In this document: positions 50,946 through 63,260 of the stretch, in pieces
How positions within the stretch are numbered: position 1 is the stretch's first letter
Layout of the letters: each line of letters starts with the position of its first letter
DNA from: Mytilus californianus
Taxonomy: Eukaryota
DNA length: 64,000 bases
Direction: 5' to 3'
Assembly (NCBI RefSeq): GCF_021869535.1
Contig: NW_026262668.1
Location: 58,962,001-59,026,000 of the forward strand
Translations under genes and position numbers: made by a program
Notes under the pieces: generated by a model
Told to the model about the DNA's origin: nothing
What the model saw: only the letters and a program-made list of their open reading frames with translations
Databases searched by the model: none

Positions 50946-51437
50946 GGTCAATGTACAGGAAATGGGATATGCCACAAATTTAGGTAAAATTTTGCATACA
51001 ACTTTGGTTTGTTGAACTATAAATGAAAATAGAAAAAAATAATGCATTTATCTGTTTTATTTTCTGAAATATAACTAACCGTTTTTTAAAGGGTGAACAA
51101 TGATTTTATATATACATAAAGTTGGCGAAAAACGTTCTTAAATTTGTCTTAAAATCATTAAATCTCAGAATTTTTTCTTGAAAATTGATATTTTGTTGAC
51201 ACATCAGTTTCTGTTTCTTTTTATGTGTAATAACCAATCAATTACCTACTTAGTAATGTGTTACGGCTTACAACGCTATGACGTTATGCTTATTTAGACG
51301 ATTTGCGGTATTTTCTTTCACCTAGAACACCACTTTAAATGATGTACACCGTAAAAACTAAGTCGGTGACCCTATTATTATTTTAAATCATTAAAATCTG
51401 TGAAATACATTTGTAGCCCATTCAATTTACATTGACC
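50946..51437. mobile_element. MITE with TTAA target-site duplication (Kolobok-like)
   Basis: TTAA|GGTCAATGTA ... TACATTGACC|TTAA. Ends are purine-purine (GG) with TTAA on both sides (50942-50945 and 51438-51441). Confidence 0.7.
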
Positions 51438-51441
51438 TTAA

Positions 51442-51720
51442 CGTCCAGTGCAAATAATATATTTACATATTCTTCTGGACACCACACAAAAAGCAGGTTC
51501 TGCAAGGCATGTTGACCGATGATGAAGGGAGTGACATTTGGACAGCCACTAGGAAATGAAGGTATCTATGTATGTTGGATAGCCAGGTTTAGTCATTTTG
51601 TCTTGCCCCTGACCACCCACGGGCCCTCAAAGACCTAGACATATTGATTTAACGTCCCAATTTTGACCGCACAGCCAAGCGGACGCCTCATTTCAGCAAG
51701 GGGTTTACTGCCGAACGGGG
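51442..51720 (-). mobile_element. SINE-like fragment (3' half)
   Basis: Minus strand CCCCGTTCGGCAGTAAACCCTTGCTGAAATGAGGCGTCCGCTTGGCTGTGCGG...CTGGACGTTAA resembles a common bivalve SINE body and tail from recall. Confidence 0.55.
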
Positions 51721-52020
51721 ATAATGTAATGCTGCAAAAATTAAGAAATATATTATGTTATGCATTTAGATAAAGTTCAAGCATTTTATTTTTTTTAAAT
51801 TTATGTAAACAAGATAACTGAATAAGTACCATGAAATTATGATTACAATATTATACTTAAATACAAATGAATCAATATAATGGAAATATAATACATTTAT
51901 TGTACTTGTACCTATTAGTAACTTGAAGTCGCATACACGCAACTTAACAATTATTAATTTGCCAACATTGGTTTTAGCATTTTTTGCATAGTAAAACATT
52001 TTGACTACCTATGATCAAAG

Positions 52021-55000
52021 ATGAAGTTGTTTATTGGATTTATTTCTATAATAATTGGGCCTCTTGAAGTCAATTCAATTCGTGCTAAAGGTAAATGTTC
52101 AAACATTGCAACTATGAAAAATGCTATCAGACTTTCTGCTTTTTCTCTTCTTCATTTGTCGCAACATTGATGTCCAAAAGAATGAAAAACAAAATATTTA
52201 CAGGATAGCACAATCTAATTGACAATATTTTAAATTCACAAAATAAAGCTACAAATAAACTGAAAATTATCATTAAACGTTAACATTTTAAAATAATGTT
52301 AGATTTTCATACTCAGAAATAAGCGTTAGATTTAGTACTTGTATGTAGATTTTTTTGTGACATCAGAAAAAAAACCCGCCAAAATTTGATTTTCTTTATT
52401 GCATTAATATCTTCTACTTGTACTTAGACAATTTAAAAAAGAGTGTATATTCGGTTGTGAAAAGTGTTATACTTCTGATTTATCCACATATGGTCCATAT
52501 AAGTATTACTGCAATGCAATGATCAATCGATAGCAGACATGTCATAAAATACAGTCAAAATGCGGCAGCCTGTAGCAGGTCTGAACTGGTGTGGAAGATC
52601 TGTCCTGAGGAAAGGCCAGGATTAAACTTTATTTGACCATACCTATCCGTAGGAGTAAAACACTATTAAACGATAAGATATTTGGCAATTATGTTCAGAA
52701 AGGACTATATTTGAAAAAAAAAGATATCTTCCCGTTTTTATTCAACGTTTTGTTTTCTTTGCATGTAGACATTATACTTGTATTTAAATACTATAATACA
52801 ATTGAATAAACCCACGTGGTTACTGGTTAAAGGTCTTATATGACAACACTCATTTTCAATGTAGACATCATTTGGTATTTGCATGGCTACAGCGATTGCA
52901 GTTTTGTCATTCTGCAATGTTACAAAATGGAAGTTTTGTACTGGCGTGATATTTCTGAAATTAATACTTATTAAATTTTAAGCGAACAAAAGGATGTAAA
53001 TGAAACATTTCATCAACCTTTAGATATTGTAATTTAGCTTGTTCAGTCGTCCTTCTTAGAGTTTATTTTAGGTTCTTTGCAAATGAAGTTTTTTAACATT
53101 CGGATATAATGCCTTTCGTTTTAAGAACCAATGACGAGAGATTAATACTCATATTTCCCACATTGTCAATAAACTTTGGATTTTTTTTATTTTGCAATCG
53201 AAAAATAATTAATTTAACTTATGTTGTCTACGAATTTTCTTCTGTTGAAGTTTACATTGTTTTCAATTAGAAAGCTTTTTGAATATTTGTATCTCATAAT
53301 TCCAAGTGAACTTGAAATTAAGGATGCTCCCGAAACTGGAAAATATGCTTCATATTCTATTCATTTTCTTGATATTGACACGGATGGACGACTACATTTT
53401 AAACTAAGATCTATGACAAACGTCAACTTTTCATTTCTCAGCAGTAATATATCCTCTGTCCTCTGTCCCACATTATGCAAACTTCATTAACAATGATGTG
53501 CTCCAGACAAAAATCCTGTTCCACCATGATTATGAGAAAGAATGACTGAAATCGAAGTTTTCGGTCACTATCACAAAGTCGTTGACCGTAGCGTTGTTTC
53601 TCTGTCTCAGCTCAAAAGTGGCATGTTTTCGCGGTGTTAGATATTTTATGGTGTTATATATTTTAGATACCAGAATACCGGTAGTCGACTGATCTGTAAA
53701 TTTACCGATTGTGTCATAATCCCTATTGTGCCAGTTTGGCTGATTCTGGTTTCACAAGGCGGCTGATGCATAATGCATAGCAGGAGACAGCACTCACGCA
53801 TATCTTGTCATCGCACCTAGTGTCGCCTTGTTTGGAGTTAATTCAATTTCCTCAGATTTAGTTTTTTTTATCTGGATTTGTACATTGAATGTATTTATGA
53901 TTTTTTAGCATTGTAAACTACTGTTGCTTCATATTTTTCTTCCGCTGAAGTTTATATTGGAATTATAAGAGGAGGTTTTCTTGCATTTTAAAGGAAATTC
54001 TATTGTTGGTTTAGGGATTTTGTTTTTTATAAAATTATTAATCTATGAAATATATTCTACTCATGAAAATTAGAATCAATATACTTTTCTTTTGTAGATG
54101 ATTACATCAAAAGAGAACTTCAAGAATATCCTGTACAAATAAATGATATCTTGCATTATATACAAGGTAAAACAATTACCCCCCTTTATTCTTTGTTCAG
54201 AAAAATAAATGTTCATCAAAGATACCATGCGTATTTATAAAAGACAAAATAAAATGACATGTATAATATCTTTTATAATATATATTGTTTATGTTCTGAA
54301 TGAATATCAGATTTTATTTTCAGGAAAATGCCACCGAACACATAGAGAAACAGTTGAAGAAATGCAACAGAAAAAACAATTAATTATAAAGAGTAAGTTG
54401 ATCTATATGAAACATTTCTATTCATCTTAGTGTACATTACATAACTATGACTTGAACCCAAAAAGTATGACAAAAGTTGGGGTCTCAGGGTTAGAAAATA
54501 GACAATTACCAATCCGCTATTGTATGATGAAATATCACTTGAGATAACTTATCAACATAATTTATAAACTGACGCGTGGCACATATGTAGTAGGATCTGC
54601 TAATCCTTCCGGAACACCTGGGATCACCCCCGGTTTGTGGTGGGGTTCTTTTTCCCCAGTCTTTAGTTTCTATGTTGTGTTTTATATTTTTCGCCATAGT
54701 TTGTCATCGATTTATGAGTTTGAATATGCCTTTGGTATCTACATCTCTATTTAAAGTTTATCCGATAAATGAATTGGTAAAAAAACCGTCAGAGTTCATA
54801 ATATTTTAAAATTTTACTGGCCGCATACTTATGACGTTAAGTGGATGTTGTTTTTAACAGGAAGAAGGCATTCTTACTGAAACAGACTGTGCTCCTCTTT
54901 TTTTAGCTAAATTGTTTATGTCATACAGTGTCCTCCCCAAGAAGAATGAAAACAAGCTTTGATTATCTTTTAACATCAAGTTCCACTGAGATATTCACAC

Positions 55001-58000
55001 TTTATAACTATGTTGTTTTCTGTGATATCCATTTGACGTGGCTAGGTACTTATACATCCCGTCAATGTGTTTGTATTATCTTTAATTTTTACTGGTGTGT
55101 TTTGTATATGCGACTTTTTGTGTTTCTGTGGTTCTTATAACGTGACTCTGTACTTTAAAAGATCCCGTCATTATGTTATTGTTCTATTATATGTCATTAT
55201 GTTATTGTTCTATTATAAATTTGAAAATACTTTGAACGACAAACGACAAATTTATTTTACTCGCGTAGTGGTATTTACCACATGTGGATTCTTAAGGGTT
55301 CTGAAGAACTTCTGGACAATTATAAATCTCGGTCTATTTCTGAAATTAATTCTAACATAACTTTTGATTTTTTAACCCTGTATACCAACATTCCCCATGT
55401 GAAATTATAAAATTGTTTTGAATAGACATTGAATGACAAACTTTTTTCTTATGTGACGTTTACATTTTCTGACGTCAGACACGCGAAGCAATGAATGTGG
55501 GTCTTAATTTGATAGATGCTTTTGTGCTTTTTTTGTAAATAATTGTTTGTTTTGATATTGTAACACAGTGATGACTGCTGTACCCATATTTTGACTATTT
55601 TATTTATAATGTCTGTTTTGTTCACGCATCGTTGTAAATATAACGAAATTTGATAAGACTGTCGTACAAGTGAGAGGTTTAGCGCTATAAAACCAGGTTC
55701 AATCCACCATTTTCTACATTTGAAAATGCCTGTACCAAGTCAGGAATATGACAGTTGTTGTCCATTCGTTTGATGTGTTTTGTCATTTGATTTTGCCATG
55801 TGATTAGGGACTTTCCGATTGAATTTTCCTCGGAGTTCAGTATTTTTGTGATTTTACTTTTTGTTCACATATTTCAAGTATTACATGCAAAAACGATCCA
55901 AGAGACACAGTCAGTACAAAAATAAGGAGATGTGGTATGATTGCCAATGAGACAACTATCCACCCAAGTTCAAATGAAGTGGATGTGTGCAATTATAGGC
56001 AATCGCAAGGCCTTCAACAATGAGAAAAACCCATACCGTATAGACAGTTATAAAAGGCCCCAATATGAAAAATATGAAACAATTCAATTGAGAAATGTGG
56101 TGGGGTTAATATGTTTAGGTTTGCTTCATATCTTGAGTCTTTTAAATGTAGAAATTGACAGCGAATATCGTTTAAGAAATTGAATCGGAAAAACAAAAAG
56201 AGATCATGTTTCTATTGTTACCAATGTGAAAATTCGATTTCTATGAAACAAGATTCCTGTAGAACCTACAATAGCCAAAGACTAGCGTTTTATATTCTGA
56301 TTTCCATGATATATATTTCCTACTAACATCTATTGAAACAAGAATTCTTATACTCAACTTTTTCTCCGCGGTTACAAAGCTCGTTGTCGAAATCTATATT
56401 ATTTTGAATCAGTAGTCCACAACTTAGACAATAAAGTATATTACTGTTTGGTGTTGATATAACAGTGTCTTAAGACATTCAAGCATCCCCATACGTTAAG
56501 CTTTGTCCGATAGAACAGTTGATTGGAAACATTTGTACCTGTGACAGTTTGACTCGCCTTTATAAAATGATGAGTTATCATTCAATCGCGTGTCACGTAC
56601 TACAAGTATCACTAAATATACTGTAATATATTGTAAAATTGGTGTTTCTTCGATAAACAAAATTTCAAATGTTATACAGATTCAGTGCAATGTGTGTGTA
56701 AATGAAGCCGTGAGATATTGGACAATGTGTTTTCACGTCAGACAAACTTACTCGTGCATGTACTTCATAATCGATTTAGAATTTCAAAAGGGAGTGGAAT
56801 GCCCACAGATAAAGGGGAAAGTACAAATTTATAAAATTAATTCATTACATGATAACATAAACAGTACCGATTTTAATGCACCAGATGCGCATTTCGACAA
56901 ATAAGGTCTCTTCAGTGATGCTTGAGGCCAAAATATTTGAATATCCAAAATTTAATTCAAATGTTGAAGAGCGGATCAAACCAAAAAGGACCTAAAGTAT
57001 TATAGCAAAATCTGGACAAGGAACCAGATCTTTGCATGGGGGAGATATCTTTCTTAATTTAAAATAATTTCAAAAATTTTATAACAGCAAATTTTATCCA
57101 GACAAAATTCGTATTTTCATGCCAGTACCGAAGTACTGGCTACTGGTCTGGTGATACCCTCGAGGACTAACAGTCTACCAGCAGAGGTATCGACCCAGTG
57201 GTACCTGACCCATAATATGCGATCTCGAATGCAACAATCTTTCTCTAACTATGGTCGCAGATAATTAGGATATATGTAAATGTAATTAGTATATTACACA
57301 ATTTTCATTTTAAACGTAATCAAAGTTTCCTTAAAAACATGATAATTGAAAAAAAAATAATGTTTCAATCTTAAATTCTCCAGTGTTGAGAAAAAAAAAC
57401 AACTATAAAAATGACCGCACGTGCAAAATAGCTTGCACTGAAGAAAGAAAAAAAACACAATCGAAGTGCATTTTTCTATGAAATCTATTTTTTTTCTCTT
57501 TCCTTTCGACTTGAAAGTTAAACAATTATGTTATGCCTGGATGTTATGAGATTGTTCAAATCTTGATATTTGAGTTTTCTCGAGTTTTAAGTGCTCAACC
57601 GGTTGAAAGTCACAAATGGTGACCAAATAAACATCATGAAACAATTACCATATTTCATTTTACTTATCGGGTCGGTGTTCTATGTTCCATATAATACTGT
57701 ATTATAGTTTTAACAAAGAAGTAATCGGGATAAGAAATGTCTAAATTGATAGTTTTTCATTTAGAAAATTCATTAAAAGTATATTATATGATTAGAAATC
57801 ATCGCTCGTATTTTGAAATTTTCGCCACTTTTCGTTCTTGTCATGAGGATATTTTTAAAAGGACTTTCTATTGTTTACCTCAGAAAATCAAATATCGGAC
57901 AATAAAAACATATTCAATCTAAACCTGAGACCGAGAGGCTCATTTTTTTTCTAGCAATGTTTATATTTTGTTAGATGTTGTATTTTCAAAGGTATTTATA

Positions 58001-61000
58001 AACACAGGGTTAAAATTTGAAATGTTTGATAGTACTACTAGGGGGTGTTTAACGACCTTGACTACACATAAGGGTCTCGCACGTTTGGTATGTTTGATTT
58101 AAATATGTTAAATAATTCATCTTCAAAATAACTTGATTTCAGAGGGTAATGGGAAAAATAAAAATAACAAAATACCGAATTCCAAGGGAAATTCAAAACG
58201 GAAAGTCTTTTATGAAATGGCAAAATCAAAACCTAAAACACATCAAACGAATGGAAAACAACTGTCATATTCCTGACTTAGTACAGGCATTTTCTTATGT
58301 AGAAAATGGTGGATTAAACCTGGTTTTATAGCTACCTAGCTAGGGAAATATCAGAGAAACAAAACAAAAACACTTTTTTGAGCGAATATTAAAATCCAAC
58401 TTATTAAATTAAACTTAAATTGACGTCATTACACACAGAACAAGTACTGAAACATCTCAACATGTCAAGAAAACACTGGACATAACTTTTAATATTTTAT
58501 TCAGACTAACATTTTTTCCAGAGTCGGATAAGGGACGGCTAGGGGGTCCGCCCCCTTATGGAGCTTTATATATAATAAATGCATTAAGGTTATGAATTCG
58601 TAGCTTTATGACATGTTCAATGCAGAAACAAATTGAACTCATTTCATGTTTGAATTGTTAAGAAAATACAGTTACTTGTGTGTGAAATAATTTTGCTGAA
58701 AGCTTACTGAAGGTCGTTGATAGGACGCAAATTTATGAGGGCGTGACAAATTGTTTCTAAGGTTCAATCAGGCTTTCTATTGTACAAAGTTTGGCGTGCG
58801 GTGATGCTTGAGTAGTGTAAATTACATTTTCAGTTTTTATGATATTGTTTTAGAACATCAAAAGGCTATTTACTATACTAAAGTGATTGTGTCATCCTGA
58901 TTCAAAATAACATTGTTTTCAGAAAAAGTGGCTTGCAACCGCTGAAAAAAGTTGAGTGTAATGGTTAACTTGACGTAACCTCCTTGAAAGTTTTGCTGAT
59001 GCAACCATAATTTGTTTGCCCTTTTAATAATGTCTGTGTCACTGATGACCACAATAGTAGCCGTCACCACTATCTAGTTTGCTCTGTTATGGAGCAGAAA
59101 CTGTTCACCTTTCGAACTTCCCGTGTTTTACTGAACTTTACGTTTTCAGTGTTGTACCTGTAAAATTTTCTTTTCAATGTTTGTGTTGTTTCTAATAATA
59201 ACGGTCTCATTTGTCATTTGTCCAGAAATAGAATTGTTTTCTTTTTAACTTTTATATTTCGGTCAAGAATAAAGGTTTGCAAATCTACATGTTCCTACAG
59301 TTTATAAATTGGTATTCTCGATTGGTTTGACAAGAGACATCTACAAATACTCTATTGCCAGAATTGACTTGAATTCCATATATCGATGTAAACTACACAC
59401 ATATATATATAAGCCCTCGTCACACAAGTCCAAGACCATGAAGATCTACGATCTATAAACAACAAGATCGCGGTGAGATCGTGATATGGTCGGATTGAAT
59501 ATTGAATATTTCATATTTTTCACGTTCATACCACGACCTTGTCATGATACTAATAAGATCCTGCTGCAATTCCTCTACGATACACGTTCAAGTAACGATC
59601 TTGTCTCGCTCTTGCTACGTCTAATAATACCTTACCAAGACTTACAAGATCTCTGTAAGCTTCTACCAAGACCTTCCCGATCGCATTACGATCTCAATAC
59701 GAGTCTACTACGATCGAACCACGACTTTACTACGTTTCCACTACGTTGTCACTGCACTCTAGAATATGGCTTCATTAAACAAGTTCTCAAACTAAATGCG
59801 TTGTCACCCAAGATGAAGTATGACATGTTCAGGTCGCCACTAGGTCAAGGATCTTAAGTCTTACCTTCCAAACACTCCTTTAATTCTGACGCGTTGTAAA
59901 TCTGGGCGTCCGACATGGTACCATATCCTCCCTACATCTATCCATAAAAGATTGTAGTCTGCATCAACCAATTCAAGGAGCACTAATGAAAAAAAAACCC
60001 TTTATAGTTATAAAACAAGGAACCGCTTTTATACGGGCTTCTAATAGCAACATGATTTCCATCGAGTGCGCCACAAGCGTGTCGCACATTCCATTTTCTC
60101 TGAAATTCTTCGGCAATAGCTCGCCATTCATTTGGTTCTGTTGGACAGGATATGACTTCATCTTTATATTTCTGTACAATTGCCTGGGAAACCTCAGGAA
60201 TAAAAGTACTTATACTAGTACCCCGGTATTGATCGCGACTCTGAAATGGTACCAAAGGATTGGCTATCTATCACCAGAAACTAAGTGCCTTAAGATATTG
60301 GCAACTTTTAGATCGGAATCTGGTGCCTTTCTGAATCGGGTGTCTATCTTCTGAATTCGAGGACTTACTCTGTTCAAGAGTTCAACAAACATTTATGGAG
60401 GCATCCTTAATTCTTTCATAAGTCGGTCGTAATGCCCAAATTGCAGTCTTCTGTCAATAGAAAGCCAAGGGAGCACCTAACAGGATCTACGCTGTCTAGT
60501 ATGTCCTTCTCCTTCTTCTAATAATTAAAAGTGTAGCCTGATCACCCAAATCGATACAGTGTAGCTGAATTAAAGATTGCAGAAGTAGGTTTTGCTAATG
60601 TGTGTCCATGGTTGAACTATACAGGTAGAAGTTATTGCATCCGTTTTTTTATATCAACAGAATGAGGTCGTGCAATTATCGTGGCTAGGACGTAGTAGCA
60701 TCGTAGTAAGGTCGTACTAAGGATAAGCGCGTAGTAGCAGCGTACTATTGTCTTCGTCATCGTAGTATAATCGTATCAATATCGTAGTAGAAGCGTAATA
60801 AAGACGTATAGAAATCGGTATAGAAACAGTACGACCAATATGAAAAAAATATTACTATTACCAAATTCCCGTTGTCTATATTTAAACAGTATGTGTGTCC
60901 ATGTATAAACAAGAATCGTTTATTTTTCGATTTAAGAACTTGCAACCTACAAAGAAGTAATCAAATTAAACAAACACATAGAGAAAGAATTTAAATGGAT

Positions 61001-62910
61001 TACAGAAGGTTAGTTTTATTTTTACGAATTACAAATATAGTACACTAATTTTACTGTGAATATGAATGCTTCAATTGAACTGTTATCGTCAGCTGAATAT
61101 TTTCCATGCAGTAAAAACCTTCATATCATCATTCAATTGTATTTTTTTGACATCAGGTTTGTTTTTGTCAGCATTGTTCATTGAATATTAAAAGCACCGT
61201 ATAAAAAGTTTAAACCCACAACCTGTAGCAATTCAAGTTTGCAAAATACTGATAACAGACATGAATATTGTACAGCACTTAAAAAAATCATATAATTACA
61301 GAAAAGGTCAATAGTAAAATCATGCTCATGAAAAATTTACAGAATAATGGTTAATTTTAAAGTTAAAGAAAAACACCCTAATAATTTAAAGAATACAAAT
61401 TTTAAGGCCTCCCCATCAAAATCCTCATATATAAATGTGATAAATGCCATATTGAGCACTATTCGACGCATCTGAAGCACCCGTTTTAAATTTTACAAAA
61501 AAAAAACATATTCATCTCATGGTCTTAGCTCATTTATACATGTATAGGCATTATATTTGTCAATATCTTTAAAATGTTGACAAATATAATTTCTACCCAT
61601 GTTAAAATGTGCATAAAGCGTAAACATGAAACATGAGTTTGTATTCTAATAGTGAAATTCGGAACTTTGGTACTTTGAAGCGAACACCATAGAACGTCAT
61701 CCATTTTGATTTGACGAAGCGACAAACGCTCTCAAAAACCAACAGTTCACGATGAAAAGTATACAAATACATGTACATGTAAGCTGACTTTAAAGAATGA
61801 TGTTTTTGAATTTCTCAGCAAACAACATAAATTTCTAGAATCATCTCCGTCGACGTTCAAAATACACCTGTCGATGGGATTTTTAGTTATGACGTCACAT
61901 ATATGCACCCCATGGATAACGAAATTTAGAACATAGCTACAAAGCGAAAGAAAGATGTCATATTAGAATATCTTTTAGGCTCTCAAGATCCAAGACATTT
62001 TCATTGTTAAATGCTATTGAATACATATTTTTTTACCCTGCACTAACACTCTTTATTCATGAAAATTTAGAGCTAAAGGATCACAAGGAAGCTCCAGAAA
62101 TTATTACATCGTTGAGAAAAGATGTTCAAGGTATGTTGGGTATCGTGATACCTGTCAGGTCATAAATATCATAAATTGTGCTGATATTCTATCCCTTTCT
62201 ATTGCTAAATGTATAGGTAAGCAATTGAAATAAAAAGGTATAGTTCACCTCGTTACAGTGACAGTTCCTTATGAACAAACGACAGAAGATGCAAACAAGT
62301 CACTGAGTTCCCTTTAAATCTGATGATTCTACTTAACTAAAATAACGAATAATACAATATATACCTAATACACATGGAAATTATATCTAGCATCCGAAAA
62401 ATGTACATTATAATTTGTTCGGGTAATCTATGGTGCATGTTTATGGAAGGCAAATGTAAGGATTTATAAATCAAGTATATGTGATGATACAGCAGTACAG
62501 ATTGCAAAAAATGTTATCGTCGTAAATCATTTGAAGTCACAGCAAAAAACAACTTAGCTTTATGTGATAAAAAAAAATGCATTATCCATCGTTTTCCGTG
62601 AGTATAGAATACACACTTGGACCTGGGTGGAATATTCGGTTCAGGTATATCTACTTTTCTCACTGTGAAGATGGTAACAATGACATCCTACATTTTAAAT
62701 ATGTTTTGTTTTACTAAATACATTTACCAAATCAATGTTTTGTTTCTGTAATGAGTAGATATTTGCGAGGGTCCGCCTTTGAATCAACAAAGAGAGTGCA
62801 CAGATTTAAAGAAACTAAACAAGAAGACAGGTATCCACACAATATACCCAGATAATGTGCATGGAATCAAAGTTTATTGCAATATGGAAGTCGATGGAGG
62901 TGGATGGAGC
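52021..62910 (+). CDS. Secreted fibrinogen-related protein (FReD), 5' part; gene continues beyond the window
   Basis: Exons 52021-52090 (MKLFIGFISIIIGPLEVNSIRAK, signal-peptide-like), 54098-54166, 54324-54392, 62071-62130 and 62759-62910 join in frame through phase-1 GT-AG introns. The last exon encodes RECTDLKKLNKKTGIHTIYPDNVHGIKVYCNMEVDGGGWS, the start of a fibrinogen C-terminal domain. I found no downstream VIQRR-type exon before 64000. Extra small exons inside the 7.7-kb intron cannot be excluded. Confidence 0.85.
53260..53480 (+). mobile_element. Penelope-like RT remnant
   Basis: ORF 53221..53490 contains LFEYLYLIIPSELEIKDAPETGKYASY..LDIDTDGRL..NFSFLSSNI, the same RT block. It lies in intron 1 of the FReD gene. 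Confidence 0.7.
55560..55865 (+). repeat. Dispersed repeat family (other copies reversed at ~20985-21170 and ~58150-58330)
   Basis: Shared block AATCCACCATTTTCTACAT..GAAAATGCCTGTACCAAGTCAGGAATATGACAGTTGTT..CCATTCGTTTGATGTGTTT. Confidence 0.8.
56870..57200 (-). mobile_element. Retrozyme-like repeat monomer (~330 bp) with intact hammerhead
   Basis: Family block ACCACTGGGTCGATACCTCTGCTGGT...CCTCGAGGGTATCACCAG at one end and a hammerhead at the other. Antisense within FReD intron 3. Confidence 0.75.
56879..56920 (-). ncRNA. Type I hammerhead ribozyme, intact consensus
   Basis: Minus strand CATCA-CTGAAGA-GAC-CTTATTT-GTC-GAAA-T-GCGC-A-TC^TGGTG. AUC triplet, palindromic GCGC loop III. Confidence 0.8.
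59412..60900 (-). mobile_element. PIF/Harbinger DNA transposon remnant with disrupted DDE nuclease (~59865-60480)
   Basis: Frameshifted HARBI1-type translation: PWLSIDRRLQFGHYDRLM...CPTEPNEWRAIAEEFQRKWN..ACGALDGNHVAIRSP..SGSLFYNYKGFF..VLLELVDADY..LWIDVG..GTMSDAQIYN. Both flanks are rich in TACGAT/ATCGTA subterminal repeats. The right-hand TIR was not identified. Confidence 0.85.
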
Positions 62911-62974
62911 GTACGTACATATCATAAACACACCACATAATGTGAAAAAAATGAAAACAACACGATAAATAATT

Positions 62975-63260
62975 TCATGCGTCCAAGGCGCTTTTCTAGA
63001 TTTACCTTCATCAGGAACGCTTAAAGCCGAATATTTGAAAGCCGAGGATGTATAAGAACCGAAACAGTTGAAGAACTATATGAAAAAAAAAAAAATACAT
63101 AAAAAATAGCCAATCCATCTAAGGTCAACTTTGCCTGAGGGAGTTGAAACCTTAGTTTCTTTAAAGTTTATAAACGGACTATTTAAGAAAAGTTTGTTAT
63201 AAATCATGTCGATACCGAAGTATTGACTACTGAGCTGATGAAACCTCTGGGACAGTTAAC
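62975..63260 (-). mobile_element. Retrozyme-like repeat copy with degenerate hammerhead (62979-63020)
   Basis: Minus strand GCGTTC-CTGATGA-AGGTAAATCTA-GAAA-A-GCGC-C-TT-GGACGC. Cores are present but stem II is weak and the cleavage triplet is altered. Confidence 0.55.

Noticed and set aside
62259-62317. Additional FReD exon after GTTACAG
   Set aside because: In-frame TAA at 62315-62317 and no good phase-1 donor before it.
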